A DNA stretch of 64,000 nt from an uncultured bacterium (GCA_903840015.1 CAIMEL010000004.1:30671-94670), one strand, 5' to 3'. Counted from the first letter of the stretch, positions 27,577 to 37,447 are shown. Program-made: numbers and translations. Notes: a model not told the origin generated them from the letters alone.

Positions 27577-27744
27577 ACTTTTTTTCCTAACAAATTATCT
27601 ACAAATGCTAACATACTTTACAAACTATTTTCCGTAGGTGATAATAGTAAAATTGGTGTGAAGCCAACCCCAAAGATATCTTCTTCCAAAAGAATTTGTT
27701 AATACTACAGACAAAGATTTTCTCAGTTACTCACTCCAGAGTTA

Positions 27745-28509
27745 TTAGAGTGTTTGAAGATCAAATGTGATTGAATATTCTTTTGTTAATCCCTCTGTAT
27801 CAAGATTCCCAACAAATCGCTTACTGTAGCTCTTTCCATTTTCAAACTCAACAACAATATCGAACTGGAAAGAAGTCTCTAAATCAGAAGGTGTTAAACC
27901 AAGATATTGGAGATATTTACTACCATCAAATACAGAATCTCTTTCCAAAATACTCTCAACATCAACAGTTCCGAGATTTCGAATTAAGATAGAGAAGTTC
28001 GGCATTAAATAGCTATCTTTACGTACCTCATTGTACTTCCCAGGTTCAGATACTACATTGTAGGATATTGTATTACCTCCACTTTTGTAATTTAGGACGT
28101 CATCATTCTTCAACTCAGTAGTCATATCTGTATACAAAAAACTCCTCCCAGCAGTATTAATTGTATAATCAGTAGGATGAACCAATATCAAATCTCCAGC
28201 TTTACTACTACCTTTGAAGTTAGTTAGCTTAAAAGATTTAACCTCTAACTCTGGATCTAAGATTGTCATATTAAGATATGACTGTATTATGATATGTACA
28301 ACATTCTCGCTCTCTGTCTTCTTGGTACCGAAAACCAATGCAGACATCTGCTTCTGTGATATCTCTACTGATTTCTCCATCTCTTCTGTATTTGAAGGAG
28401 CTTTCTTCCCAAAAAAAGAAATTGCTGAATCACCTCTAAAAACCAAGAATACAACTATTCCTATTAAAATTATGATTGGAATCACTATATATATTTTAGG
28501 AAACTTCAT
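27745..28509 (-). CDS. membrane-anchored hypothetical protein
   Basis: 254 aa; N-terminal TM (IYIVIPIIILIGIVVFLVF), hydrophilic remainder; no recognised family. Confidence 0.5.
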   Translation of the reverse strand: MKFPKIYIVIPIIILIGIVVFLVFRGDSAISFFGKKAPSNTEEMEKSVEISQKQMSALVFGTKKTESENVVHIIIQSYLNMTILDPELEVKSFKLTNFKGSSKAGDLILVHPTDYTINTAGRSFLYTDMTTELKNDDVLNYKSGGNTISYNVVSEPGKYNEVRKDSYLMPNFSILIRNLGTVDVESILERDSVFDGSKYLQYLGLTPSDLETSFQFDIVVEFENGKSYSKRFVGNLDTEGLTKEYSITFDLQTL

Positions 28510-28610
28510 ATTTTCTACTCTTAAATTATATTAAACATATTACCAAAAATTCCTTTACAATATTAATTTCTGTAGTATAATCGCTTCCTATTAACATTTT
28601 AATACTCTGT

Positions 28611-29072
28611 ATGTCTATTTTAACCGATTTAAAAGATATTTTAACTCCTGATTGTGAAAAGAAACTTCTTGGATATCTTGAAGGTAAAGACTTTTCTCCA
28701 ATTGAGAAAAGAAAAATACCCGAAAAACAGCGAAGAAGATATTTAGATGCCTTCCGAGTCATAGATTTACATCTCTGTGATGGAGAGTATGATGAAGCCC
28801 AAGGATTGCCATTCCATGATATTTCAATATCCAGCGATCTGAGTAGGCTAGCTTGTATCTTAGCTACATACAGAGGATATATACCAATGGTGTTAGATTT
28901 TGAACCAGAGTTACAAGCTGTCGATACTCGAAAGATTGAATTTCATTGCCAAGAAAGAGAAGCAGATATAGTTGCATACAACCCAGGAACTTCCACATAT
29001 CTTGCATATATATCAGAGGAAACAGAAACTGGAACTATGACACAGATTCCTTTTACCGTTACCAGACTTTAG
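28611..29072 (+). CDS. hypothetical protein
   Basis: 153 aa soluble ORF; no recognised motif. Confidence 0.45.
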   Translation: MSILTDLKDILTPDCEKKLLGYLEGKDFSPIEKRKIPEKQRRRYLDAFRVIDLHLCDGEYDEAQGLPFHDISISSDLSRLACILATYRGYIPMVLDFEPELQAVDTRKIEFHCQEREADIVAYNPGTSTYLAYISEETETGTMTQIPFTVTRL

Positions 29073-29130
29073 CTATTCCATTTTTATACTAATTACGATA
29101 GTATTTAGTATAAATTGTATATATGCATAA

Positions 29131-30258
29131 TTGGTTAGTAGAAGATCAAGAATAATAACTATCATTATCCTCTCAATATCTTTTCTTTCCATCGTCTCGT
29201 ATTTCCTCTTCACATATAATGCTAAGAACAAGGCGAATATTGATACTTTAAATCAAAATTCTGTAGTACAAGATTCTAAGGAAGATTTTTTAGATATTAC
29301 ACTTGAAGAAAAAGTTGGTCAGTTATTCATCTTCGGCTTTTGGGGTACGGAACCCGACTACTATATCACCAAAATGATTAGTGAAAGGTATATAGGTGGA
29401 GTAATACTCTTAGGATACAATCTTGAGAGTCCAAAACAGATTAGAAAACTTACATCTGATTTACAATCTTTAAGTAAAACACCTCTTTTCATATCAATAG
29501 ACCAAGAGGGAGGTACAGTGTCTCGTCTTAAGCCTCCAATTGTTTCTGATGATACAGCACAGAAGGATATTAAAGATGAGGCGGAGGCATATAATGTGGC
29601 ATATACTCGTGGGACAGAGTTAAAAGTTCTTGGTATCAATATGAATTTCTCCCCTGTAGTTGAGAGTATTAATAACGAAAATTCATTTCTCTATGACAGA
29701 GTGTTTAGAGATTATATTACTCTGTTAGCGAATGGTATGGTTAATGGATATGCTGATGCAAAGGTAATACCCGTAATTAAACATTTCCCTGGACATGGCA
29801 ATGAATCTAAAGATCCACACGATGTACTTTCTGTCGTTAATCTGGAGAGAAAAGATTTGGAATCATATCTTAAAGATTTTAAAGTAGTCTTTGAAAACAG
29901 AAATTCCCATGCTGTAATGATTGGACATATTTTAGCCCCCAAAATATCTTCAGATCCTGCTTCTCTTTCGAAGATTTTTGTTACTGATATCCTAAGAAAT
30001 AACCTGAAATTTAAAGGCATATCAATTACAGATGATATACAGATGAAAGCTTTAACGAAATCATACAGCATTAAAGAAGCTACTTTAAAAGCGATACTGG
30101 CTGGGAATGATATTCTGATGTTTACGGGAGTTCCAAAACAACAGGCTGAAGCATATGAGGCAGTATTGAATGGAGTGAGGGATGGAAGTATTTCAGAAGA
30201 GTTCATAGATGAGAAAGTTCGAAGAATTCTGGAATTGAAATCTCTATTTGAGCTTTAA
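29131..30258 (+). CDS. nagZ: glycoside hydrolase family 3 beta-N-acetylhexosaminidase (NagZ-like), membrane-anchored
   Basis: 375 aa; N-terminal TM; GH3 motifs ISIDQEGG.V.RL and KHFPGHG. Confidence 0.8.
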   Translation: MVSRRSRIITIIILSISFLSIVSYFLFTYNAKNKANIDTLNQNSVVQDSKEDFLDITLEEKVGQLFIFGFWGTEPDYYITKMISERYIGGVILLGYNLESPKQIRKLTSDLQSLSKTPLFISIDQEGGTVSRLKPPIVSDDTAQKDIKDEAEAYNVAYTRGTELKVLGINMNFSPVVESINNENSFLYDRVFRDYITLLANGMVNGYADAKVIPVIKHFPGHGNESKDPHDVLSVVNLERKDLESYLKDFKVVFENRNSHAVMIGHILAPKISSDPASLSKIFVTDILRNNLKFKGISITDDIQMKALTKSYSIKEATLKAILAGNDILMFTGVPKQQAEAYEAVLNGVRDGSISEEFIDEKVRRILELKSLFEL

Positions 30259-31017
30259 TATTTCCTGTATATTTTTTACAACTACTATTTCTACATCAGA
30301 AGGAATTTCTACGCCTTTTGGTATACCAGTACCATAGTAATCAATCCATACCAAATGTTTACAACCAGCATGAATTGCTGGGAGGATATCTGAGGTAAAA
30401 CTATCTCCAATGACTAGAGTTTTACTAATATCACGATCAATTAACTGAAGAGCTCGCAACCAACTTGAAGAATCTTTTTCTTCTGTTATATCTGTTGCTA
30501 AATATGGAAGAGTAAATCCTACTGCAAAGCTTAGATCTTCAGCTTTTATTCTTGTCCATTCTTCTTGAGCATGAGAATGAAGAACTATCTCTGCTCCCAA
30601 ACTTTTTATGACTTGAAGCACATGAGGAGTAGCTTCATATCTTTGAGGAGATGTTGTGTAGAAATCTTCTAGAAGATCATTAACAATTTGTAAAAGATTT
30701 GGATCTAATGAATCACCAAAATGTCTTCTTAAAGCTGATTCACACTGCTCCTCCATTAATATTGGTCTGTAATTTCCTCGTTTGTATTCATCAAGAACTA
30801 TTTGAATAAATTCGGTGGCAATATCTTCTGCTCGCCTAGAAGTAGTATTTCGTTCAGCTACATCCATACCAATTTCATAGAGAGCTTGTCTGTAATATTC
30901 ATGGGTAGCTAAGAGTGTATTATCAATATCAAAGGCTACTGTATCTATATCTCTTTCTTTAAGAAAATTTTCTAAAGATGGGGCAGAGTCCTTTTCAAAC
31001 TCTGTATACATAATCAC
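30244..31017 (-). CDS. HAD-superfamily hydrolase
   Basis: 257 aa; motif I FDIDNTL near the N-terminus; C-terminal GDS..D motif. Confidence 0.7.
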   Translation of the reverse strand: MIMYTEFEKDSAPSLENFLKERDIDTVAFDIDNTLLATHEYYRQALYEIGMDVAERNTTSRRAEDIATEFIQIVLDEYKRGNYRPILMEEQCESALRRHFGDSLDPNLLQIVNDLLEDFYTTSPQRYEATPHVLQVIKSLGAEIVLHSHAQEEWTRIKAEDLSFAVGFTLPYLATDITEEKDSSSWLRALQLIDRDISKTLVIGDSFTSDILPAIHAGCKHLVWIDYYGTGIPKGVEIPSDVEIVVVKNIQEILKLK

Positions 31018-31033
31018 GCATTATATCACACCT

Positions 31034-31708
31034 TTATTTACCTTTAACTATATCCCATCCACTTACTAAACGTCTGTCTCCATATCTTTCTAAACATGTT
31101 GAGATTACAAGATCAGAGTAGGGGACTGTTGAATTTTTAAGAACTTCTGTATCTCTCTCCCATACTGCCTCTAATGTGACATCTCCAACAAGGATTTGCG
31201 TACCCACCAAATTATCTTCAGAATGGTATCTGTCTAGTAGGTCACCCAGAAGAAAAAATCTATTAGCTTTTGTAAAACTGTTATGTGTATGTAATTGGTA
31301 TGTGCCATCTTTTGCAAGAATGATACCTCCCATTACAATGTTACCTTCTGGATCTAGTTGTTTTTGCCATTTGTATTCACCTACTAGAAGATTATCAAGT
31401 TTTTTAGCTGTATTGTCATCATATTCTCCAATGTATGTATATTTGAAATATATTTTTTTGTCTAACCATTTCTTTGGTAAATCTCTGTTCAAAACGGATG
31501 CCTCTAGTACAACAACTTTCTCCTTTTTCATACCAAGGAGTTGTTCTAGAGTTTTTTCTTCTTTAACTTCTACTGGTTTCTCTTCTTGCTGTATTTCTAT
31601 GTTTACAACTTCATATGGTTTTATGGTAGGAATGAATACATATATTGTGAAGAGGATTGTAGTAAGTAAGAAGGTTAATGGGATTATGAGGAAGATTTGT
31701 TTTTTCAT
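31034..31708 (-). CDS. sortase-family transpeptidase (class E/F-like), N-terminal membrane anchor
   Basis: 224 aa; N-terminal TM; conserved His (QLHTHNS), FFLLGDL, catalytic LVISTC (TLxTC) and downstream RRLV Arg. Immediately downstream of a LAETG-bearing substrate gene. Confidence 0.7.
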   Translation of the reverse strand: MKKQIFLIIPLTFLLTTILFTIYVFIPTIKPYEVVNIEIQQEEKPVEVKEEKTLEQLLGMKKEKVVVLEASVLNRDLPKKWLDKKIYFKYTYIGEYDDNTAKKLDNLLVGEYKWQKQLDPEGNIVMGGIILAKDGTYQLHTHNSFTKANRFFLLGDLLDRYHSEDNLVGTQILVGDVTLEAVWERDTEVLKNSTVPYSDLVISTCLERYGDRRLVSGWDIVKGK

Positions 31709-31725
31709 CCCTTGATTATATCTTT

Positions 31726-31763
31726 TAGAAAAGAAAAAAGCAGTACTCTTTCGAATACTGCTT
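31726..31763 (-). terminator. rho-independent terminator between sortase-substrate gene and sortase gene
   Basis: Minus-strand transcript forms AAGCAGTA-loop-TACTGCTT (8-bp stem), immediately followed by UUUUUCUUUUC. Confidence 0.55.
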
Positions 31764-31790
31764 CTTCTTAACTAATATCGAATATATTAA

Positions 31791-32777
31791 TTAAAGCATA
31801 TACTTTTTAACAAATATTGCAGAGGATACTAAGGTACCCAATACTAATATCATTTGTACAAAGTATACTAAGGTTGTATCTGATGCTCCTGTTTCAGCTA
31901 AGACTACATCTGTAGTACCTTTAACTTCACCTTTGTCTTCATCTGTAATACCATCAACCTCACCATCATCATCTTCTTCCTCCTCTTCATCATCGTCAGG
32001 ACATGCTGCGGTTGCAGGACATACTTTATATCCACCTTCACCATCTGCTACCTCTCCTCCAAGGTATCCACATGCGGTTGGACAATCCTGCTCACATGCA
32101 ATCATATCTGTACTACAAGCTACTTCTCTTGTAGTGGAAGATGCTTCGAATCTACAGTTAGTTTTAACAGCATCTCGAATATGCTCTGGTAAATTAGGAT
32201 CTGTATTGAAATCACTCATAGCCCATGAAGGAATGCCTAAACTCACACCAGTAGGCCTATGACACTTATTTGGGTCAGATGATTTAAGACCATATACAAC
32301 ATCGACAGGACCAAACGTTTCTATTTTGTAACAGTCATCAGGTCCACTTTTCTCTTCATATGTATACCCAGCAGGACAAGCATGTGCGTTGATAACTGAT
32401 CTTGTCTGCTTTTTATAGTTGTTTCCACTACATTTTTCATCTTGACAGAGACCTGCATTTTCATCCTGTTGATTGCATTTGTTACTATTACTGCATGAAC
32501 TCCAAGTACTCCAAGAGCTATATACAACAAAATCTTCTGCATAGATCTTATGATCTGCTGTGAAGGATTTTGTTGGGCAACCCTCATCACAAACTTCTAC
32601 AAAGAGAGTTTGAATTTTTGTTCCCTCTGTTGTTCCACACTGAGCAACACATTCAGAAGAATCTCTCCAATCTTCGGAAGGTATTAAAGAAACTCCTTAG
32701 ACACCTAATGGACTTCCTAGGAGGAACAAGAAAAGGAATAAAGGCAGAATTAGAAAGGCTAATAACTTTCCTTTCAT
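31791..32777 (-). CDS. secreted cysteine-rich surface protein with LAETG sortase signal, interrupted by one in-frame TAA (plus-strand 32697-32699). ORF track reports only the 3' part (31791..32246).
   Basis: Minus-strand ATG at 32777 encodes signal peptide MKGKLLAFLILPLFLFLFLLGSPLGV, then TAA. The same frame stays open for ~300 codons: Cys-rich segments (CVAQCGTTEG, CDEGCPTKSF, SSWSTWSSCSNSNKCNQQDENAGLCQDEKCSGNNY, ACEQDCPTACGY), a D/E linker (DDDEEEEEDDDGEVDG), then LAETG + hydrophobic helix + KKYML. Confidence 0.6.
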
Positions 32778-32965
32778 ATATATTAAAATAATAATTTAAA
32801 TTATTATTCCTACGACAAAAATATTAAAAGTTCATTGTCATAGATAACTATGCAAATTATACTCCTTTTCATCATTCATAGTCAACTACTATGAGTCCAA
32901 TTATTCCTTTGTACAAAAGCACATCCAAAGGGTAAGATATAGAAATTAATTAAACCCAATTATCA

Positions 32966-33976
32966 ATGATTTCAAAAAACTCCATCTCCATACTTGCCTG
33001 TCAATCTGGTAAACCACTTGCAAAGAAAATTGTAAAAAAACTCTCTCCTAAAACAAAAAACGGTATCAATCTCATAGATTCAACACAGACAATATTTGCT
33101 AACACTGAAATAAAGAATGTTGTAAATGAAAGCATTAGAGGAAGAGACGTATACATCATTCAAGATGTAGAAAATCACAGTGATGGCCTATCCGTTGATG
33201 AAAACCTTCGTTCACTTTACACAACCATAGATGCCTGTAGAAGATGTGATGCTGGAAGAATAACTATTGTAATACCATCATACCCATATGCAAGACAAGA
33301 CAAACAAGATGGAAGAGACGGAATAACTGCAGCAAGAGTTGCTTGGGAGTTAGAGGGAGAGATGGGTGCTGATCATATCATTACAATGGATTTACACAAC
33401 TCCGCTATTCAAGGATTTTTCAGAAGAGCAAAGATAGATAATATTAGAGGAGGGTTTGTATTAATTCCTCATCTAAGAAAACTCATTACAAATCCTGCAG
33501 AAACAGTCATTATGCCTACTGACTTGGGAGGAGCAAAAAGAGCTAACTATTTTGCCCAATCACTCTGTACAGGTATAGCATTTGCTTACAAAGAGAGAAA
33601 TTACAGTAAAGCCAATTGTGTAGAAAGTATTCAGATACTTGGTGATATTAAAGACAAAGATGTATTCATCATAGATGACATGATTGATACAGGTGGAACT
33701 CTAATGCGAGCTGTTTTACGAGCTAAAGAAATGGGTGCTAAGAATATATATGCAGTATGTACTCTAGCTCTTCTGAATGGTAATGCCATACAAGATTTCT
33801 CAAAGCTATACAATGACAAAATCATAGATACAGTCATTGGTACTGATGCAACATATCACTCCAAAGAGTTTCTGAAAGAAAACAAATGGTTTAAAGAGCT
33901 TTCAATTGCTGAATATATTGCAGAGATAATATTTCGTATTCACAAGGGCAAATCAATTGGTGATTTGTTAAAATAG
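32966..33976 (+). CDS. prs: ribose-phosphate pyrophosphokinase (PRPP synthetase)
   Basis: 336 aa; DLHNSAIQGFF and PRPP-binding IIDDMIDTGGTL motifs. Confidence 0.85.
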   Translation: MISKNSISILACQSGKPLAKKIVKKLSPKTKNGINLIDSTQTIFANTEIKNVVNESIRGRDVYIIQDVENHSDGLSVDENLRSLYTTIDACRRCDAGRITIVIPSYPYARQDKQDGRDGITAARVAWELEGEMGADHIITMDLHNSAIQGFFRRAKIDNIRGGFVLIPHLRKLITNPAETVIMPTDLGGAKRANYFAQSLCTGIAFAYKERNYSKANCVESIQILGDIKDKDVFIIDDMIDTGGTLMRAVLRAKEMGAKNIYAVCTLALLNGNAIQDFSKLYNDKIIDTVIGTDATYHSKEFLKENKWFKELSIAEYIAEIIFRIHKGKSIGDLLK

Positions 33977-33987
33977 ATCATAGGGAT

Positions 33988-35067
33988 ATGAAAATAGAGG
34001 AGAATTACTCATTAAAAAATCACAACACCTTCAATGTAGATGTTAAAGCAAAGCTGTATACAGAAGTAAGCTCGGTCATAGATTGTTTGAATATATTAAA
34101 AACATATCCCAAAGAGAAGATATTAGTACTTGGAGATGGAAGTAATACTCTTCTCATAAAGGATTGGGAGGGGATAGTAATAAGACCAATTATAAAAACG
34201 ATTCGTAAAGTAAAAGAAGACGAACAATTCATATACATTGAAAGTGGAAGTGGAACAAATTGGGATCATTTTGTTAGATACTGTGTAGCAAAAAACTATG
34301 CAGGTATTGAAAACCTCGTAATGATTCCAGGAACAGTAGGGGGAGCTGTCGCACAAAACATAGCCGCATATGGTCAGAATATAACGGATACACTTGTTTC
34401 CGTTCGAGCCGTAGATATTAAAAGTAAGAAAAAGGTAATGTTACTACCAGAAGAGTGTGGATATGAATATCGTAGGAGTAATTTTAAAAACAAATGGAGA
34501 TACAGATATATAATAACTTCTGCTGTTTTCAAATTAAGGAAAAATACCAAAGAGTTTGAATTAAGTTACCATGAAAGGGCAGGGCGATATGGATCAATAC
34601 TAGAAGAACTAAACTCTTTTGCGAAAGAACCATACACCATACAAGATGTTATGCAAGCTGTAATAAATCAAAGGGCCAAAAGATTACCATCAGTAGATGA
34701 GTATGGTACCTGTGGCAGTTTTTTTGAGAATCCTGTCGTACCAATAAAGAAATATGAAGAGTTAAGTAAGATGATATCTGAATTACAATGCTATCCTGTT
34801 GAAGATCTTCGGTACCATATAAAAGATTGGGCGGAATATCGCAAAGAAGATTTTGTAAAAATTCCTGCTGGAAGAATACTTGATGAATTGGGATGGAGAG
34901 GGAGATGGATTGGTAATGTTGGAGTAAGCGAGAAGCACGCACTTTGTGTAGTATCGAACAAAGAAGCTACAGGAAAAGAGATTTTGGATTTTGTACATGA
35001 AATGCAAAAAGATGTTAAACTAAAATACGATATAGATTTAATATCCGAAGTTAATATCATTGAGTAA
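33988..35067 (+). CDS. murB: UDP-N-acetylenolpyruvoylglucosamine reductase
   Basis: 359 aa; FAD-binding N-terminal domain (LGDGSNTL, GIENL..IPGTVGGA) and MurB C-terminal domain. Confidence 0.8.
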   Translation: MKIEENYSLKNHNTFNVDVKAKLYTEVSSVIDCLNILKTYPKEKILVLGDGSNTLLIKDWEGIVIRPIIKTIRKVKEDEQFIYIESGSGTNWDHFVRYCVAKNYAGIENLVMIPGTVGGAVAQNIAAYGQNITDTLVSVRAVDIKSKKKVMLLPEECGYEYRRSNFKNKWRYRYIITSAVFKLRKNTKEFELSYHERAGRYGSILEELNSFAKEPYTIQDVMQAVINQRAKRLPSVDEYGTCGSFFENPVVPIKKYEELSKMISELQCYPVEDLRYHIKDWAEYRKEDFVKIPAGRILDELGWRGRWIGNVGVSEKHALCVVSNKEATGKEILDFVHEMQKDVKLKYDIDLISEVNIIE

Positions 35068-35071
35068 TTGA

Positions 35072-35776
35072 ATGGAAAAGATACTTTGCTTTGATCTTGA
35101 TGACACATTGATAGATGATAATTACAAATTTGAAATCACTTTCTGTGAATGTATTAAGGCAATAATCAACTCATTGGAGACAAGATCTCCACAGATTGAT
35201 GATATTCTTAAAAGAGCAAGAGAGATAGAGAACAGGACATGGGATACATGGCCAAAGGAGAGATTGTACAAACCGGAGAGGATTGCAAATGCATGGGTAA
35301 AGACATACGAGAGTTATGCAAAGGAATTAAAACTTCCAATTAGAAAACATACAAAGAATCTAATTGAATCTTTGGTTCTTTCAAACTACGATCCACCTTA
35401 CTTCATAATACCAGGTGTGATTGAAACAATATCGTATTTGAAACAGAAAGGATACAGAACATATGTTGTTACACTTGGGCAATCAAAAATACAGAGGAGG
35501 AAATTAACTGTAACAAAATTGATAAAGTATTTTGATGATGCATTTTACGCAACACATGACAAAAGGATTCCTTTAGCAGAGATTAAGAAAAGACATCCCT
35601 CTGATGATATATATATGATTGGGAATTCAATTAGAACAGATATAAATCCAGCACTGGATCTTAATTTAAAGGCAATCTACATAGAGAGAGGTAACTGGCA
35701 TAGGTTCAAGGCAACACCAAGAAACAATGACTTCACAACTTTAGAAAATATCACAGAATTAGCAACACTCTTTTAA
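35072..35776 (+). CDS. HAD-superfamily hydrolase
   Basis: 234 aa; motif I FDLDDTL at N-terminus; starts 4 nt after murB stop. Confidence 0.65.
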   Translation: MEKILCFDLDDTLIDDNYKFEITFCECIKAIINSLETRSPQIDDILKRAREIENRTWDTWPKERLYKPERIANAWVKTYESYAKELKLPIRKHTKNLIESLVLSNYDPPYFIIPGVIETISYLKQKGYRTYVVTLGQSKIQRRKLTVTKLIKYFDDAFYATHDKRIPLAEIKKRHPSDDIYMIGNSIRTDINPALDLNLKAIYIERGNWHRFKATPRNNDFTTLENITELATLF

Positions 35777-37395
35777 GCTGTTTCCTGCCTGACTTGTTTC
35801 AAAAGGACCTTACGAATATCTCTAACTTTAGAAACAGAGAGTTCGATAATTGATATAGCATCGACAAAAATATTACCATCATACTTAGCATCTATTTCCA
35901 ATCTGTGAACATGAATATCATACTCATTTCGAATCAAAGCATATATCTCTTCCTCAAGAGGTTTTACAGCTAGCAATCCTTTCTCATTCGGTTCCTTTAT
36001 CATCTCCTCTATACTTCTAAATAGCTCAATCAATTTGTTATGTATTGTTGTAAGCTTCTCAATATCGACCTCCTCCTTATTAACCCCAAGCGAATGTATT
36101 TTAGAAAACACTTTTGAGAAATCATCACCTAAATCTCCAAGTTGCTCTATAGTATTGGAGACCTTAACCAGAGTCACAGTCTGTCCTGCAACATCTTTAG
36201 AAAGTATCGATTTGGAAAGCTCCAAGATGCTTGAAGAGATCTCATCATCCAAATAGTCGTTTAGTGTTTCTAATTTTTGAATTTCCATCGGTATTACACC
36301 GGAATCATTGTAAAAGATACTAATCGATTTTTGAAATATCTTAATCATATTTTCAACTGAGTATGCCAACTCATTTCTAATATCCTCCATCCTCTCTGCA
36401 ACCTTCTTTTCTACTGTCATATCAATATGTTTTGTTTTGAAAAGAATCTCTTCTTCATCTCCCTTAATTAAACTTTTAACCAATTTTTCAAATGGTGTGA
36501 GCAGTATTAAGAAGACAACTGTATTAACAAGATTGAAAAGCAGGTGAGCAAATGCCACTTGGAAAGCAGGATCATCTACAAGAAACACCATTACCCTGAT
36601 GAAGACATTCAGGAAAATCATAAAGAAGACAGAACCAAGAAGATTGAAGAGGAAGTTTGCAAATCCTGCTCTTCTGGCATACAAGGATAGTCTGGCAGAA
36701 GCTAGTAATGCAGTAATGCTCGAACCGATGTTTGCACCTAAAATCATAGCGATACCAACCTCAACAGGAATTAATCCTCCCTGTGCTAATATTACAGTAA
36801 TACCGGAAGTTATTGAGCTCGAGTGTATTAGCATTGTGAAAAGCATAGCGACTAAGTATGCGACAAAGGGATTGGACAAATGAGAGAAGAAATTCATAAT
36901 ATTTGGATCTCCTCTCAATGGCTCAATACTAGAAGAGAGAATGTTCAAGGCAAAAAGAATTAAACCAAGAAAGAAGATTGGTTTACTGACAATCTTTATC
37001 TTCTTACCTAAAAAGCGGGAGACAAAACCAAGAATGATGAGGATTGGAGCTATTGCATCGGATTGTATTAAGGCAAGCTGTGCTGTAATTGTAGTACCTA
37101 TATTACTACCGAAAATTACTCCTAGACTATTACGGAAGGAAATAATCCCAGTATTCACTAGTACTACCGTTAATACTGTGATTGCAGAGCTAGACTGTAT
37201 CGCTGCAGTTGAAAATGCACCAACTAATGTCCCTACGAATCTGTTCTTAACTAGTTTTGCGATAATACTTCTGAACCTCTCAGCAGCTAACTCTTGAATT
37301 TCATTACTAAGGTTTTCTATTGCAAAGAGGAAAAGAATAAGTGCAGAGATTAAGAAAAGAATAATTTGAAAGAAACTGTAATCACCTAAATCCAT
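35773..37395 (-). CDS. Na+/phosphate cotransporter family protein (NptA-like) with C-terminal PhoU-like domains
   Basis: 540 aa; duplicated Na/Pi-cotransporter repeats (QSSSA, GANIGSSITAL motifs) followed by helical PhoU-like C-terminal region. Confidence 0.8.
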   Translation of the reverse strand: MDLGDYSFFQIILFLISALILFLFAIENLSNEIQELAAERFRSIIAKLVKNRFVGTLVGAFSTAAIQSSSAITVLTVVLVNTGIISFRNSLGVIFGSNIGTTITAQLALIQSDAIAPILIILGFVSRFLGKKIKIVSKPIFFLGLILFALNILSSSIEPLRGDPNIMNFFSHLSNPFVAYLVAMLFTMLIHSSSITSGITVILAQGGLIPVEVGIAMILGANIGSSITALLASARLSLYARRAGFANFLFNLLGSVFFMIFLNVFIRVMVFLVDDPAFQVAFAHLLFNLVNTVVFLILLTPFEKLVKSLIKGDEEEILFKTKHIDMTVEKKVAERMEDIRNELAYSVENMIKIFQKSISIFYNDSGVIPMEIQKLETLNDYLDDEISSSILELSKSILSKDVAGQTVTLVKVSNTIEQLGDLGDDFSKVFSKIHSLGVNKEEVDIEKLTTIHNKLIELFRSIEEMIKEPNEKGLLAVKPLEEEIYALIRNEYDIHVHRLEIDAKYDGNIFVDAISIIELSVSKVRDIRKVLLKQVRQETA

Positions 37396-37447
37396 ATCAC
37401 CAATTTAACATATTGATAATTGAATTCCAATATAGTAACGTTAGAAG

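Noticed and set aside
31176-31715. 179-aa plus-strand ORF
   Set aside because: Antisense to the sortase gene, which has clear catalytic motifs. No motifs of its own.
31933-32262. Plus-strand ORF encoding a poly-Ser run (SSSSSSSSSS)
   Set aside because: It is the antisense reading of the GAT/GAA-rich codons for the poly-Asp/Glu stalk of the surface protein. Low-complexity mirror artefact.
32321-32791. ORFs 32321..32590 (-) and 32570..32791 (+)
   Set aside because: Both lie inside, or antisense to, the reconstructed sortase-substrate gene (32777->31791, minus).

The true coding frame is the Cys-rich one with signal peptide and LAETG tail.
36599-37297. Plus-strand ORFs of 94 and 118 aa inside the Na/Pi cotransporter gene
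   Set aside because: Antisense to a well-supported 540-aa transporter gene. Their hydrophobic-looking products are mirror images of the TM codons.
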